Shown here piece after piece: positions 23,758 through 32,420 of a DNA stretch of 64,000 bases. How positions within the stretch are numbered: position 1 is the first letter of the stretch; each line of letters begins with the position of its first letter. A program made the position numbers and the translations under genes. This DNA comes from Pirellulales bacterium (GTDB lineage: Bacteria; Planctomycetota; Planctomycetia; Pirellulales; JAICIG01), in NCBI GenBank assembly GCA_040901675.1, contig JBBDYJ010000041.1:10475-74474 (forward strand). The letters run 5' to 3'. The notes beneath the pieces are model-generated. The model saw only the letters and a list, made by a program, of their open reading frames with translations, had not been told where the DNA came from and ran no database searches.

Positions 23758-25095
23758 CCCGAATTCGAACCCGTCCTGCTGGCCAACATCGATCGGCCCG
23801 GCAGCCACACGCTGGCTGTTTACGAGTCGACCGGCGGCTACCAGGCCCTGCGCAGGGTGCTGGCCGAGGGGGATCCCAAGCGTTTCGTCGAAGTCGTCAA
23901 GTCCAGCAACCTGCGGGGCCGCGGCGGTGCGGGCTTTCCCACCGGTCTGAAATGGACCTTCCTGCCCAAGGACCATCCCGGCCCCGTCTACATGTGCATC
24001 AACGCCGACGAAAGCGAGCCGGGCACCTTCAACAACCGAATCCTGATGGAGCAGGATCCCCACCAGGTGCTCGAGGGCACCATCCTGAGCTGCTTCGCCA
24101 CGCGGGCCAGCGTGGCCTATGTCTATCTCCGCTACGAGTACCCGCTGTCGCTCGAGCGGATGCAGCAGGCCATCGACGAGTGCTACGCCGCCGGCTACCT
24201 GGGCAAGGACATCCTCGCCAGCGGGTTCTCGCTGGAGATGTACATCCACCGCGGGGCGGCGGCCTACATCTGCGGCGAGGAGACCGGGCTGATCGAGAGC
24301 CTCGAAGGCAGGCGGGCCTGGCCCCGGATCAAGCCCCCCTTCCCCGCCGTCGAAGGTTTATTCCGCAAACCGACGGTTGTCAACAACATCGAGACGGTGG
24401 CCTGCGTCACCCACATTGCCGCGCGGGGGGCCGAGTGGTTCAAGTCAATGGGCACGCCCGCCGACCCGAACAACCTCCGCGATCCCGGCAGCTACGGCCC
24501 CAAGCTCTACTGCCTCAGCGGCCACGTGAACAAGCCCGGCTGCTATGAGGCGCCTTTGGGCATCACCTGCCGCGAGCTGATCGACCGCTTCGGCGGCGGC
24601 GTCTGGAAAAACCGGCGGGCCAAGGCCGCCATCCCCGGAGGCATCAGCATGGGCTTGTTGTCCGAGGCCGAGCTCGACACGCCGCTCGATTTCACCGGCC
24701 CCACGAAGGCCGGCTGCCTGGGCCTGGGCACGGCGGCCGTGGTCGTGCTGGACGAGACCGTGAGCATGGTCGACTTCTTGCACAACAGTTGCCGTTTCTT
24801 CCAGCACGAGAGCTGCGGCCAGTGTACTCCCTGCCGCGAGGGGACCGCCTGGGCCCTCTCGATGCTCAACCGCATCAAGGCGGGCCGCGGCCGGCTGCGC
24901 GACCTTGACCTGCTGTTGGAGATCGGCGACTCGATCGGCATCATCCCCGGCACGACGATCTGCGGCCTGGCCGACGGGGCCGCCTGGCCGATCAAGAACG
25001 CCATCCGCAAGTTCGGCGACGAGTTCGAGGACTACATCCGCCGCACCAATCCCAGCGGTTACATGGTGACCCAGGCCGTCCCCGCCGCTCCCTAG
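23755..25095 (+). CDS. nuoF: NADH-quinone oxidoreductase subunit F
   Basis: 'LRGRGGAGFPTGLKW', 'NADESEPG', 'YICGEET', 'ESCGQCTPCREG'. Confidence 0.98.
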   Translation: MPEFEPVLLANIDRPGSHTLAVYESTGGYQALRRVLAEGDPKRFVEVVKSSNLRGRGGAGFPTGLKWTFLPKDHPGPVYMCINADESEPGTFNNRILMEQDPHQVLEGTILSCFATRASVAYVYLRYEYPLSLERMQQAIDECYAAGYLGKDILASGFSLEMYIHRGAAAYICGEETGLIESLEGRRAWPRIKPPFPAVEGLFRKPTVVNNIETVACVTHIAARGAEWFKSMGTPADPNNLRDPGSYGPKLYCLSGHVNKPGCYEAPLGITCRELIDRFGGGVWKNRRAKAAIPGGISMGLLSEAELDTPLDFTGPTKAGCLGLGTAAVVVLDETVSMVDFLHNSCRFFQHESCGQCTPCREGTAWALSMLNRIKAGRGRLRDLDLLLEIGDSIGIIPGTTICGLADGAAWPIKNAIRKFGDEFEDYIRRTNPSGYMVTQAVPAAP

Positions 25096-25127
25096 CAGGA
25101 CTCGCCAGAGTTCCGGCCGCAGGCGGA

Positions 25128-25700
25128 TCAATTGCCGCTTCGAGCGATCACCTCCACCGGATCGCCCGGACCGGCCTCTCCTTCCTCGACGACCTGCATA
25201 TAGATGCCGCGAAGGTTCCGGTGGCGCAGGTCGGCCTTCGACACCAGGCGCAGCGCCCCGTCGCCGAAGCGGCCGCGGAACTTCCGGCACCCGTCATGCG
25301 GCGTAGGCGTCACCTCCAGCACGGCGCTGCCCACGCGCACGAGGCTGCCGGGCGGCAGGTTGCCCGCCGATAGATCGAGATCCAGGAACAAGTTGTCGCC
25401 GGACAGCGTCAGCGCCTGGCCGTTGGCGACCAGCCGGGCCACGTCGAGCTGCATGACGGCGATCTGCTCGTCGGCTTGCCGTCTATTGTGGCGGCCCCAG
25501 GCGTCGCCCGGCACGCCCCCTTCCGGCGTCAGGCGGACCCGCGCGGGAGTCTCCCTCCTGCCATTCTCTCGCCGGCTCACCACCAAGGCGACGTATCCGC
25601 GCTGGGTCGGCGCTGCCGGCAGAGCCTCCAGCGCGATTTCGAGGTCCGCCAGGGTGCGGAACCGCGCCGGCTCGCCCCGCGAGTCAGAGTCCACGATCAT
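25128..25700 (-). CDS. MOSC-domain protein
   Basis: 'GDNL', 'VGSAVLEVT', 'PHDGCRKF', 'RGIY..VVEEG'. Confidence 0.85.
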   Translation of the reverse strand: MIVDSDSRGEPARFRTLADLEIALEALPAAPTQRGYVALVVSRRENGRRETPARVRLTPEGGVPGDAWGRHNRRQADEQIAVMQLDVARLVANGQALTLSGDNLFLDLDLSAGNLPPGSLVRVGSAVLEVTPTPHDGCRKFRGRFGDGALRLVSKADLRHRNLRGIYMQVVEEGEAGPGDPVEVIARSGN

Positions 25701-25774
25701 TCGCCTGTCACGTTCGTCGTCATCCGCATGCTAACCAGGCTGCCAACGCCTGTCGACAGCCGGAGACAAGCCCG

Positions 25775-26464
25775 TTATACCCAACCGAGCCATCTCAACG
25801 CCATAAGACCGCAAGACGCCACGACACCCGACCAATGCAGCCATGTGCGTCTGAGTTGATGACGATAGTCACCTATGATCGCCGCGGCCAACAGGCCGGC
25901 CAACACAATGTCAGCCGCCGGCGCAAGTTCGATTGGATCGATGTCCGGTGTAGTGACTTGCTCCAAAACAGGGCGCACAGACTCTATCAGCGCAAAAACA
26001 GCGAGGGCACTCCGCCAGGCGCGGGCTCTCTTCATCCTCCAGGCCCCAACGACAAACACTGCGCCTGTGGCAAAGGCGGGTAGTACCCCGTAAAAGATGG
26101 GCGACGAAGGCTCGATAAAAGTCCATGCGAACATTATAAGTAGCAAAGCGACGCCGTAGCCGAGCAGAAGCCACTGCCCAGGTTCGATGATCGCTCCAAA
26201 TCTCCGCAGCCACCTCGCGGACAATACAATGATTCCGAACAAGAGCAGGCCGGCAAGCATCACCACCAGCGCGCCGGGAAACAAACCTACCAGCGCTGCT
26301 TGCTCGCCCAGCACGAATCTCAGCCAGGCCGCGTAGAGGGCGCAAGTCAGTGTGTATAACATAAGATGCTTTATGCCGATCCGAGTCGATGCCGGCTGCT
26401 CGTGCCCTTCCGAGCGATTCTTCTGAACCGGCTCATCCCCGGGACTCAGATCTGACTGTGCCAT
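25775..26464 (-). CDS. Hypothetical multi-pass membrane protein
   Basis: About six hydrophobic helices; 'IGIKHLMLYT' N-terminal motif; atypical AT-richer codon use. Confidence 0.6.
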   Translation of the reverse strand: MAQSDLSPGDEPVQKNRSEGHEQPASTRIGIKHLMLYTLTCALYAAWLRFVLGEQAALVGLFPGALVVMLAGLLLFGIIVLSARWLRRFGAIIEPGQWLLLGYGVALLLIMFAWTFIEPSSPIFYGVLPAFATGAVFVVGAWRMKRARAWRSALAVFALIESVRPVLEQVTTPDIDPIELAPAADIVLAGLLAAAIIGDYRHQLRRTWLHWSGVVASCGLMALRWLGWV

Positions 26465-26469
26465 GCTGC

Positions 26470-26625
26470 TCACGTCCACGATGTGCCCGCACCAGAGTGC
26501 GCTACCTGCTGCTCCCACAGGGACGGCCGCCGGGCAGCGCGCCAAACCCGCTCGAATTCCGCGGCCACGATGATCTCCGCGCCGGGGAAGGTTTTTGACC
26601 ACTTCGGCTTGCGGCTGAACCGGAG
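26470..26625 (-). pseudogene. 3' fragment paralogous to the pseudogene at 28214-28645
   Basis: Encodes 'LRFSRKPKWSKTFPGAEIIVAAEFERVWRAARRPSLWEQQVAHS'; 26494-26622 aligns with 28322-28449. Confidence 0.7.
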
Positions 26626-26646
26626 CCGTCGCTCACCTTCATTTCT

Positions 26647-27159
26647 TTACAATCCAAATCCCTCTCGGATCGTTGTGATCGGCAAGTACAGGTGCAATTC
26701 GCTGTCCAAAAGCGGAACAAAGCCGTACTTTTCGTAAAAGCCTTTCGCCGGCGGATCGATGGCGTGGACCTCGACCGCGTGGATCCCCATACGGTCTGAA
26801 AGTTCCAGGCAGCGCTTGAGGGCATCAATAAGCAGGACCTCTCCCAGCCCCTGGCCTTGCGCCGCCTGATCCACGGCGAGCCGTCCGAGCAGAGCGACCG
26901 GAAGTGGATGCTTGGGAAGCTTCCGGGCCGCTTTTTTCGGAATGTTCTGAAACGAGACGGATCCAGAGGCCAGCGTGTAATAGCCCCAGACGCGGTTGTC
27001 GTTCTCGCCAGGACGCACGGCGACGTAGGTGCGTCCTAGGTTTCGCTTCTCGTACTGGCTGACCAGGCTGCGCAGGAAATCGTCGAGCGGAGGTTTTCCG
27101 CAACGGAATTCTCCCCGCTCGTGCGCGCGGTCAAGCGGCTCGATTCGCCAGTCATCCAT
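26647..27159 (-). CDS. GNAT acetyltransferase toxin (AtaT/TacT-like)
   Basis: 'FRCGKPPLDDFL', 'GYYTL', 'PVALLGRLAVD..AQGQGLG', 'VHAID...FYEKYGF'. Confidence 0.92.
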   Translation of the reverse strand: MDDWRIEPLDRAHERGEFRCGKPPLDDFLRSLVSQYEKRNLGRTYVAVRPGENDNRVWGYYTLASGSVSFQNIPKKAARKLPKHPLPVALLGRLAVDQAAQGQGLGEVLLIDALKRCLELSDRMGIHAVEVHAIDPPAKGFYEKYGFVPLLDSELHLYLPITTIREGFGL

Positions 27160-27430
27160 GTCGCCCGTTCTGTTTCCGGGCCGCCCGGCGCAAAGCTTCA
27201 TTCGCCGCGGGCGGGTTGTCCAACAAATCGAGGAAGCGATCACGGTCCTTGTCCGAGAGCGGTCTGGCAGACTCCTCGTAAAACGGCACGTCGTCTTCAG
27301 GGATGACGAGGGCCTTGCGGATGCGGATCTCCGTCGCGCTCAGTTGCTCGACGACCACGGTGGTGTTGGCGAACCCTCGCGGAAGGGTCACCCGCGCTTT
27401 CGAATCGGTCGTTCTGGTTTCCGTTGCCAT
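27152..27430 (-). CDS. Antitoxin with AbrB-like N-terminus and DUF1778-like C-terminus
   Basis: 'TTDSKARVTLP' (swapped-hairpin motif) and 'LSDKDRDRFLDLLDNPPAANEALRRA'; overlaps the toxin start. Confidence 0.8.
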   Translation of the reverse strand: MATETRTTDSKARVTLPRGFANTTVVVEQLSATEIRIRKALVIPEDDVPFYEESARPLSDKDRDRFLDLLDNPPAANEALRRAARKQNGRHG

Positions 27431-27687
27431 CACTGCCTCCGGAGTTGGGTCCTCCTAACTCTACCATCAGGTGGGAAAGTGGGCAAGTGGGAATATCCCC
27501 GCCCCGCTACGGCCCCCCAGAAGCAGACGTGCCCTACAGTTACCGCTCAGGCTTCCGGCGTGCTGCCCGCTGATTCGAAAGGGGCATTGGCCAGGATCGA
27601 GAGCCGGTCGAAACGCCTCTGGAGCGTCCCGGCTCACGCGTATCAGCAACCGGCCAACCCGGCTGGGCATCCAACGGCAACAACACC

Positions 27688-27945
27688 TCAGGGCCCCGAA
27701 GGGCGCGCTCGATCCGTTTTCCAGAACCAGTTACTGAGGCTCGCGCCGACGATGATGCACCCAACGGCAAGGGCGTGGTGCAACCACAGCACTGGACTCG
27801 GCTCGTATGAAGGAAAGCCCCCGCCGATCTGGAAAGCTATGTGGCCGACCTTTGGGACCAGAGCATGCACAAGCAGGCTGATTGAGAGCAGCACCACCCC
27901 GAGAAGTGTCAGAATCATGGACATGATGAAGCCAATCCGTGCCAT
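27688..27945 (-). CDS. Small hypothetical membrane protein (2 TM)
   Basis: Two hydrophobic segments, ATG start, same orientation as neighbours. Confidence 0.45.
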   Translation of the reverse strand: MARIGFIMSMILTLLGVVLLSISLLVHALVPKVGHIAFQIGGGFPSYEPSPVLWLHHALAVGCIIVGASLSNWFWKTDRARPSGP

Positions 27946-28039
27946 GCGGACACCGCTCCCGGCCCAATGGCCTTACAATCAGTTCAGTTGTCAGCCAAGC
28001 TTGTCCTCGGTCGCTGCGTTCCTTCCCTCCAACGACAGG

Positions 28040-28177
28040 TCAAGGTTCCCCAGGAGCCTTCTTCAATCCACGGACTCCCTTGTCATCCAAGTCCCTCAGC
28101 CATTCGGCCGCCAAGGCGGCGCCTGCCACGGACCACAATGCCGCAAAGAAGGCACTACGCCAAAGAAGTGCAGTCAT
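28040..28177 (-). pseudogene. Truncated secreted-protein fragment
   Basis: SD 'AAGGTGG', signal-peptide-like MTALLWRSAFFAALWSVAGAALA, stop after 45 codons. Confidence 0.3.
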
Positions 28178-28213
28178 CGATATCCACCTTTTGCGGTCGC
28201 TGCCCGATGGAAC

Positions 28214-28645
28214 TTAAAGGCATTCTACCGGCCAGCCTCCGTGGAACGCAATGTAATCCGTTTCTTCGTGCTCCGGTTGTGGATCACGCTGCGCCTCCCA
28301 AGTGCCCCACTGCGCGGCACGAGAGTGTGCTACCTGCTGCTCCCACAGCGGCGACCTCCGGGCGGCGCGCCAAACCCGCTCGAAGTCGAGGTCGCGATCA
28401 TTTCAACGCCGGGGAAGGATTTCGCCCACTTCGGCTTGCGGCTGAACCGCAGCCTCAAAAGCAGCCCGTAGTCGTAACACCAATGCGACCGATCATACCG
28501 CAGCATGTTGCCGTTGTCGAAGATCTCGACCTGCCGAACGGCGTGTTGGTCATCGCCGACTTCGACGTACCGGATAAATTCGCCCCATCCAGCCGCGATA
28601 AAGTCTTCGCGTTATGCAACTCCCCGGCGCCTTGAAGTAAAACAT
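28214..28645 (-). pseudogene. Frameshifted hypothetical protein gene
   Basis: 'MFYFKAPG' / 'EDFIAAGWGEFIRYVEVGDDQHAVRQVEIFDNGNMLRYDRSHW...RFSRKPKW' / 'DFERVWRAARRSPLWEQQVAHS' lie in different frames; the paralog at 26470 shows the intact frame of the 3' part. Confidence 0.65.
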
Positions 28646-28690
28646 CGGCCGCGCTCGCTCTTCCGCTTCCTGTCCAGCGTGCCTCAGCGG

Positions 28691-29026
28691 TTAATTCCGT
28701 CGCTTGCTGTCTTCCTGCTCCTCTCCTTCGTGCTCCCGGCGGTTCGTCAACCGTCCCGTTTCGCATCTCTCCTCTCGAATGGCCGGAAGAATGGCCCAGC
28801 AGAAGACGAGGACCCCAATCGCCGCCATCGCCACGAGAATGACAATTGAACGAAGAACGACGTCCGCGGTCGTCGGATCGCCCAAGATTGAGTTATGCCA
28901 GCCGATCAACGCGCTCAACATCAGCATCGTCGGCAGGGCGAGGCCGATAAAGAGCCCGAAGAACCGTCGCTTCCTTATTCGCCGGGCTACGCGAAGCTGG
29001 AACTCGATCTGCTTACGCAATGACAT
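28691..29026 (-). CDS. Small hypothetical membrane protein (2 TM)
   Basis: Basic N-terminus, two hydrophobic helices, charged tail. Confidence 0.5.
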   Translation of the reverse strand: MSLRKQIEFQLRVARRIRKRRFFGLFIGLALPTMLMLSALIGWHNSILGDPTTADVVLRSIVILVAMAAIGVLVFCWAILPAIREERCETGRLTNRREHEGEEQEDSKRRN

Positions 29027-29049
29027 GCAAGCTGGAGCCGGGCCGTGGG

Positions 29050-29356
29050 CTAGCGCTCGTCTTCAGCCCATTCGAGTTTCTGTTTCAAGCCGTTGAACTG
29101 GTTGTACTTGATGATTCCTTCGCGCTGCAACCGGCCGACAACGATTCCCGGCGCGATGCCGAGCCTGGCCGCGAAGGCCTCGACCAGCCCGTACTGCGTC
29201 AGCCGCCGCAGCTCGCCTTGGTGGCCCGCTGGGATCAGCGCGTTTGCCGCGAAGCGGTTCGCCTGCCGCTCACGCTCGTCGTCGGCGTACTCCACGTCGA
29301 TGAAAGTTTCCTTCTTGCTGTCGTTGAGGATGTGGCCCGCTTCGTGGAAGAACGCC
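29050..29356 (-). pseudogene. C-terminal remnant of a HigA-type antitoxin / ImmA-IrrE metallopeptidase
   Basis: 'AFFHEAGHIL' (HExxH), 'ERQANRFAANALIP', 'FAARLGIAPGIVVGRLQREG'; preceded by an in-frame stop; no HTH or start codon. Confidence 0.8.
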
Positions 29357-29466
29357 TAATGCCATGGCAGCTAAGCCCTTCTGCTTGACGATCTGGACCC
29401 TAAGCGATAGATTTGGGCCAACTCGACACTTCTCGGAGGAATGTCGGGTTTTGTTTTTGACAGGCC

Positions 29467-29484
29467 TTGTGAAACAATTCACAA
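29467..29484. promoter_or_regulatory. Rex-type operator upstream of nuoG
   Basis: TTGTGAA-ACAA-TTCACAA, exact consensus. Confidence 0.8.
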
Positions 29485-29547
29485 AGCCCCATCGGCCCAC
29501 CGGCGGCCCCCTTACCAAAAACCCTCGGCCCGGCAGGGCCTAGCCCT

Positions 29548-31164
29548 ATGCCTATCGTCGTCGTCGACGGACAAGAGATCGAGTTGGATGAAGGCGAACG
29601 CCTCAACGGCATCCAGGTCGCGCGCAAGGCGGGCATCGAAATCCCCCACTACTGCTGGCACCCGGGGCTCACCGTCGTCGCCAGTTGCCGCATGTGCCTT
29701 GTCGAGACCGGAGGCCGCAACGCCGAAACCGGCGCGATCGCCATGGTCCCCAAGCTCGTGCCCGCCTGCCAGACGCCCGCCAAGGATGGCACCGTCTTCG
29801 TCACCAATAGCGACAAGGTCCGCCAGGCGCGGGCCCAGGTCGAAGAGGCCCTGCTCATCGATCACCCCATCGACTGCCCCATCTGCGATAAGGCCGGCGA
29901 GTGCCTGCTGCAGGACTACCACTTCGAGCATGGCCAGAAAGAGCGGCGCGCCGATATCAGGCCCTTCACCAGCCGGCGACGCGAAATGGGCGACACCGTC
30001 ACGCTGTTCGTCGACCGCTGCGTCATGTGCAGCCGCTGCGTCCGCTTCTGCCGCGAGATCAGCGGCACCGGCGAGCTGATGGTCGTCAACCGCGGCAGCC
30101 ACGAAGAAATCGACGTCGTCCCCGGCTACCCGCTGGCCAACAAGCTCTCCGGCAACGTCGTCGATCTCTGCCCGGTCGGCGCGCTGGGCGACAAGGATTT
30201 TCTCTACCAGCAGCGGGTCTGGTTCATGAAGCGGCACGCCGGAGTCTGCACCAACTGTTCCACCGGCTGCTCCATCTGGACCGAAGAGAACCAGGACCGC
30301 GTCTGGCGGCTCAAGCCCCGCGAAAACCCCCACGTCAACCAGTGGTGGATCTGCGACGAGGGACGCTACGGCTACCACTACATCCACAGCCACCAGCGCC
30401 AGGTCGGCCTGCGCAAACGCCAGGGCGACTCGTTCGAGCCGATCGAGTGGGCCGCCCTCCCCGCCGATCTGAACGCCAGCCTGCAGGCCGCCGGCCCGCT
30501 GGCGGCCGTGCTCTCGCCCCACTTGACCGTCGAGGAGGCGTTCCTGCTGGCCGCCTACATCCGCGCGCTCGACCCGGGGGCCGATTTGGCGCTAGGTCCG
30601 GTGCCCGTCGTGGGCCAGGACGAGCGTTTCCCCAACGGTTTCGTGATCCACGCCGAGAAATGCCCCAACCGCCGCGGCGTCGAGGCCGTGCTCTGGCACT
30701 TCACGGGCAAAGCCATGACGTTCGACGAGCTGCTCGGCGACCTCGAGCCGGGCCGCTACGGCGGCGTCTGGGTCACCGGCGGATACCCGCATCCCTGGAT
30801 CGACGAGGCGGCGGCCTCGCGCTTCGAGGCGGCGAAGGTGCTGGTCGTGCAGGACCTGTTTGCTTCGCCCCTGTGGGAGCGGGCCACCTACCAGTTGCCC
30901 AGCGCCTCGTTTGCCGAGAAAGAAGGCTCGTACGTCAACTATGCCGAGCGGATGCAGTCGGCCGCCTGGGCCATCCGCCCGCCGCAGGGCACCTGGGTCG
31001 AAGGCCAGCTTTACTGGCGGCTGCTGGACCGCCCGGGCCTGTTTCAGCCCAAGCAGGTGCTGGCCGAGGTGGCCAACGACATCATGTATTTCTCGGCGGC
31101 CGCCGACGGCGTTAGCCCCGTGGGCATCGATCTCAAGCTGAACCGCCTGGCCGCAGCCACCTAG
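29548..31164 (+). CDS. nuoG: NADH-quinone oxidoreductase subunit G (short form)
   Basis: 'IPHYCWHP..VASCRMC', 'HPIDCPICDKAGEC', 'CVMCSRCVRFC', 'CTNCSTGC...WICDEGR'. Confidence 0.95.
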   Translation: MPIVVVDGQEIELDEGERLNGIQVARKAGIEIPHYCWHPGLTVVASCRMCLVETGGRNAETGAIAMVPKLVPACQTPAKDGTVFVTNSDKVRQARAQVEEALLIDHPIDCPICDKAGECLLQDYHFEHGQKERRADIRPFTSRRREMGDTVTLFVDRCVMCSRCVRFCREISGTGELMVVNRGSHEEIDVVPGYPLANKLSGNVVDLCPVGALGDKDFLYQQRVWFMKRHAGVCTNCSTGCSIWTEENQDRVWRLKPRENPHVNQWWICDEGRYGYHYIHSHQRQVGLRKRQGDSFEPIEWAALPADLNASLQAAGPLAAVLSPHLTVEEAFLLAAYIRALDPGADLALGPVPVVGQDERFPNGFVIHAEKCPNRRGVEAVLWHFTGKAMTFDELLGDLEPGRYGGVWVTGGYPHPWIDEAAASRFEAAKVLVVQDLFASPLWERATYQLPSASFAEKEGSYVNYAERMQSAAWAIRPPQGTWVEGQLYWRLLDRPGLFQPKQVLAEVANDIMYFSAAADGVSPVGIDLKLNRLAAAT

Positions 31165-31174
31165 CGACGCGAGT

Positions 31175-32413
31175 ATGTCCCAAGACGTTCAAGCCATCGT
31201 CGTCGAGTCGCTGGTCAAGATCGGCCTGTTGATCTTCGCCCTGATGACGGCGGCCGCCTACCTGGTGCTGCTAGAGCGCTGGATTGCCGCCTGGGCGCAG
31301 GACCGGATCGGTCCCAACCGCGTCGGCATTCCGCTCACGCGGATCCGATTGTTCGGGCTGGGGCAGCCGCTGGCCGACGGCCTCAAGTTCATCTTCAAGG
31401 AGGAGATCACGCCCCGCCACGTCGACAAGTTCCTCTACACGCTGGCGCCGATCACGATCCTGGCGACGGCCCTGGCCATCTTCGCCGTGATCCCTTTCGG
31501 CAGCGTGCTCCCCACGGGTTCCGCCGCCGCGGCCGAGCCGGGCGATCGCCGGCAGATCGAGCTCGTGGTGGCGCCGGGCGTCGACGTGGGCGTGATCTAC
31601 GTCTTCGCCTTGAGCAGCATCGCGGTCTACGGAGTGATCCTGGGCGGCTGGGCAAGCAACAACAAATACAGCTTCCTGGGCGGCCTGCGGTCCAGCGCCC
31701 AGTTGATCGCCTACGAGTTGCCGCTGGGGCTGGGCATCCTGGGAGTCGTGCTCTTGGCCGGCTCGTTGCGGCTCGACACGATCATTGGCGCCCAGGCCGA
31801 AAGCGGCATCTGGTACGTGTTCTGGCAGCCGCTGGGGTTCGTGGTGTTCGTGGTAGCGGCCTTTGCCGAGGCGGCCCGCCTCCCCTTCGATCTGCCGGAG
31901 GCCGAGCAGGAGCTGATCGGCGGCTACCACACGGAATACTCCGGGATGCGGCTGTTGATGTTCTTGATCGCCGAGTTCCTGCACATGGTGACCGCCTCGT
32001 TCTTGATCGTCATCTTGTTCCTCGGCGGCTGGCACTTGTGGGGCGTGACCGGCAGCGGCAACGAGGTCACCTGGCTCGGTGCGGTGGTGCGGGTCCTGGT
32101 GCTCATGGCCAAGGTGCTGTTGGTGATCCTGTTTTTCATGATGGTCCGCTGGAGCTGGCCGCGATTCAGGTTCGATCAGCTCATGGCGCTGGCCTGGAAG
32201 GTGATGCTCCCCCTGGGCCTCGTGAACCTGGTGGCCGTGGCCGTGCTGGCCGAGTACGGCGATCGCCTCCAGCAGGCGGCCGGGGTGCCCCGCTGGGCAT
32301 TGCTCGTGGGAATGTGGGCGGTTGCAATCGCGGCCTGGCTGATCGCCGGCCTGGCGGCGCCGTTGCAGACCGACAACCGCCCGCGTTGGGAACTGGACCA
32401 CAGTTCGCTTTAA
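31175..32413 (+). CDS. nuoH: NADH-quinone oxidoreductase subunit H
   Basis: 'QDRIGPNRVG', 'QPLADGLK', 'RLPFDLPEAEQEL', 'PRFRFDQLM'. Confidence 0.97.
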   Translation: MSQDVQAIVVESLVKIGLLIFALMTAAAYLVLLERWIAAWAQDRIGPNRVGIPLTRIRLFGLGQPLADGLKFIFKEEITPRHVDKFLYTLAPITILATALAIFAVIPFGSVLPTGSAAAAEPGDRRQIELVVAPGVDVGVIYVFALSSIAVYGVILGGWASNNKYSFLGGLRSSAQLIAYELPLGLGILGVVLLAGSLRLDTIIGAQAESGIWYVFWQPLGFVVFVVAAFAEAARLPFDLPEAEQELIGGYHTEYSGMRLLMFLIAEFLHMVTASFLIVILFLGGWHLWGVTGSGNEVTWLGAVVRVLVLMAKVLLVILFFMMVRWSWPRFRFDQLMALAWKVMLPLGLVNLVAVAVLAEYGDRLQQAAGVPRWALLVGMWAVAIAAWLIAGLAAPLQTDNRPRWELDHSSL

Positions 32414-32420
32414 TAATCGA

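Noticed and set aside
25096..29400. Integron cassette array
   Set aside because: No convincing RYYYAAC...GTTRRRY attC pairs at the gene ends examined and no integrase; the shared repeat is protein-coding
29548..31164. nuoG as a truncated pseudogene
   Set aside because: All Fe-S motifs present, normal codon use, clean spacing to nuoH; treated as a short natural form
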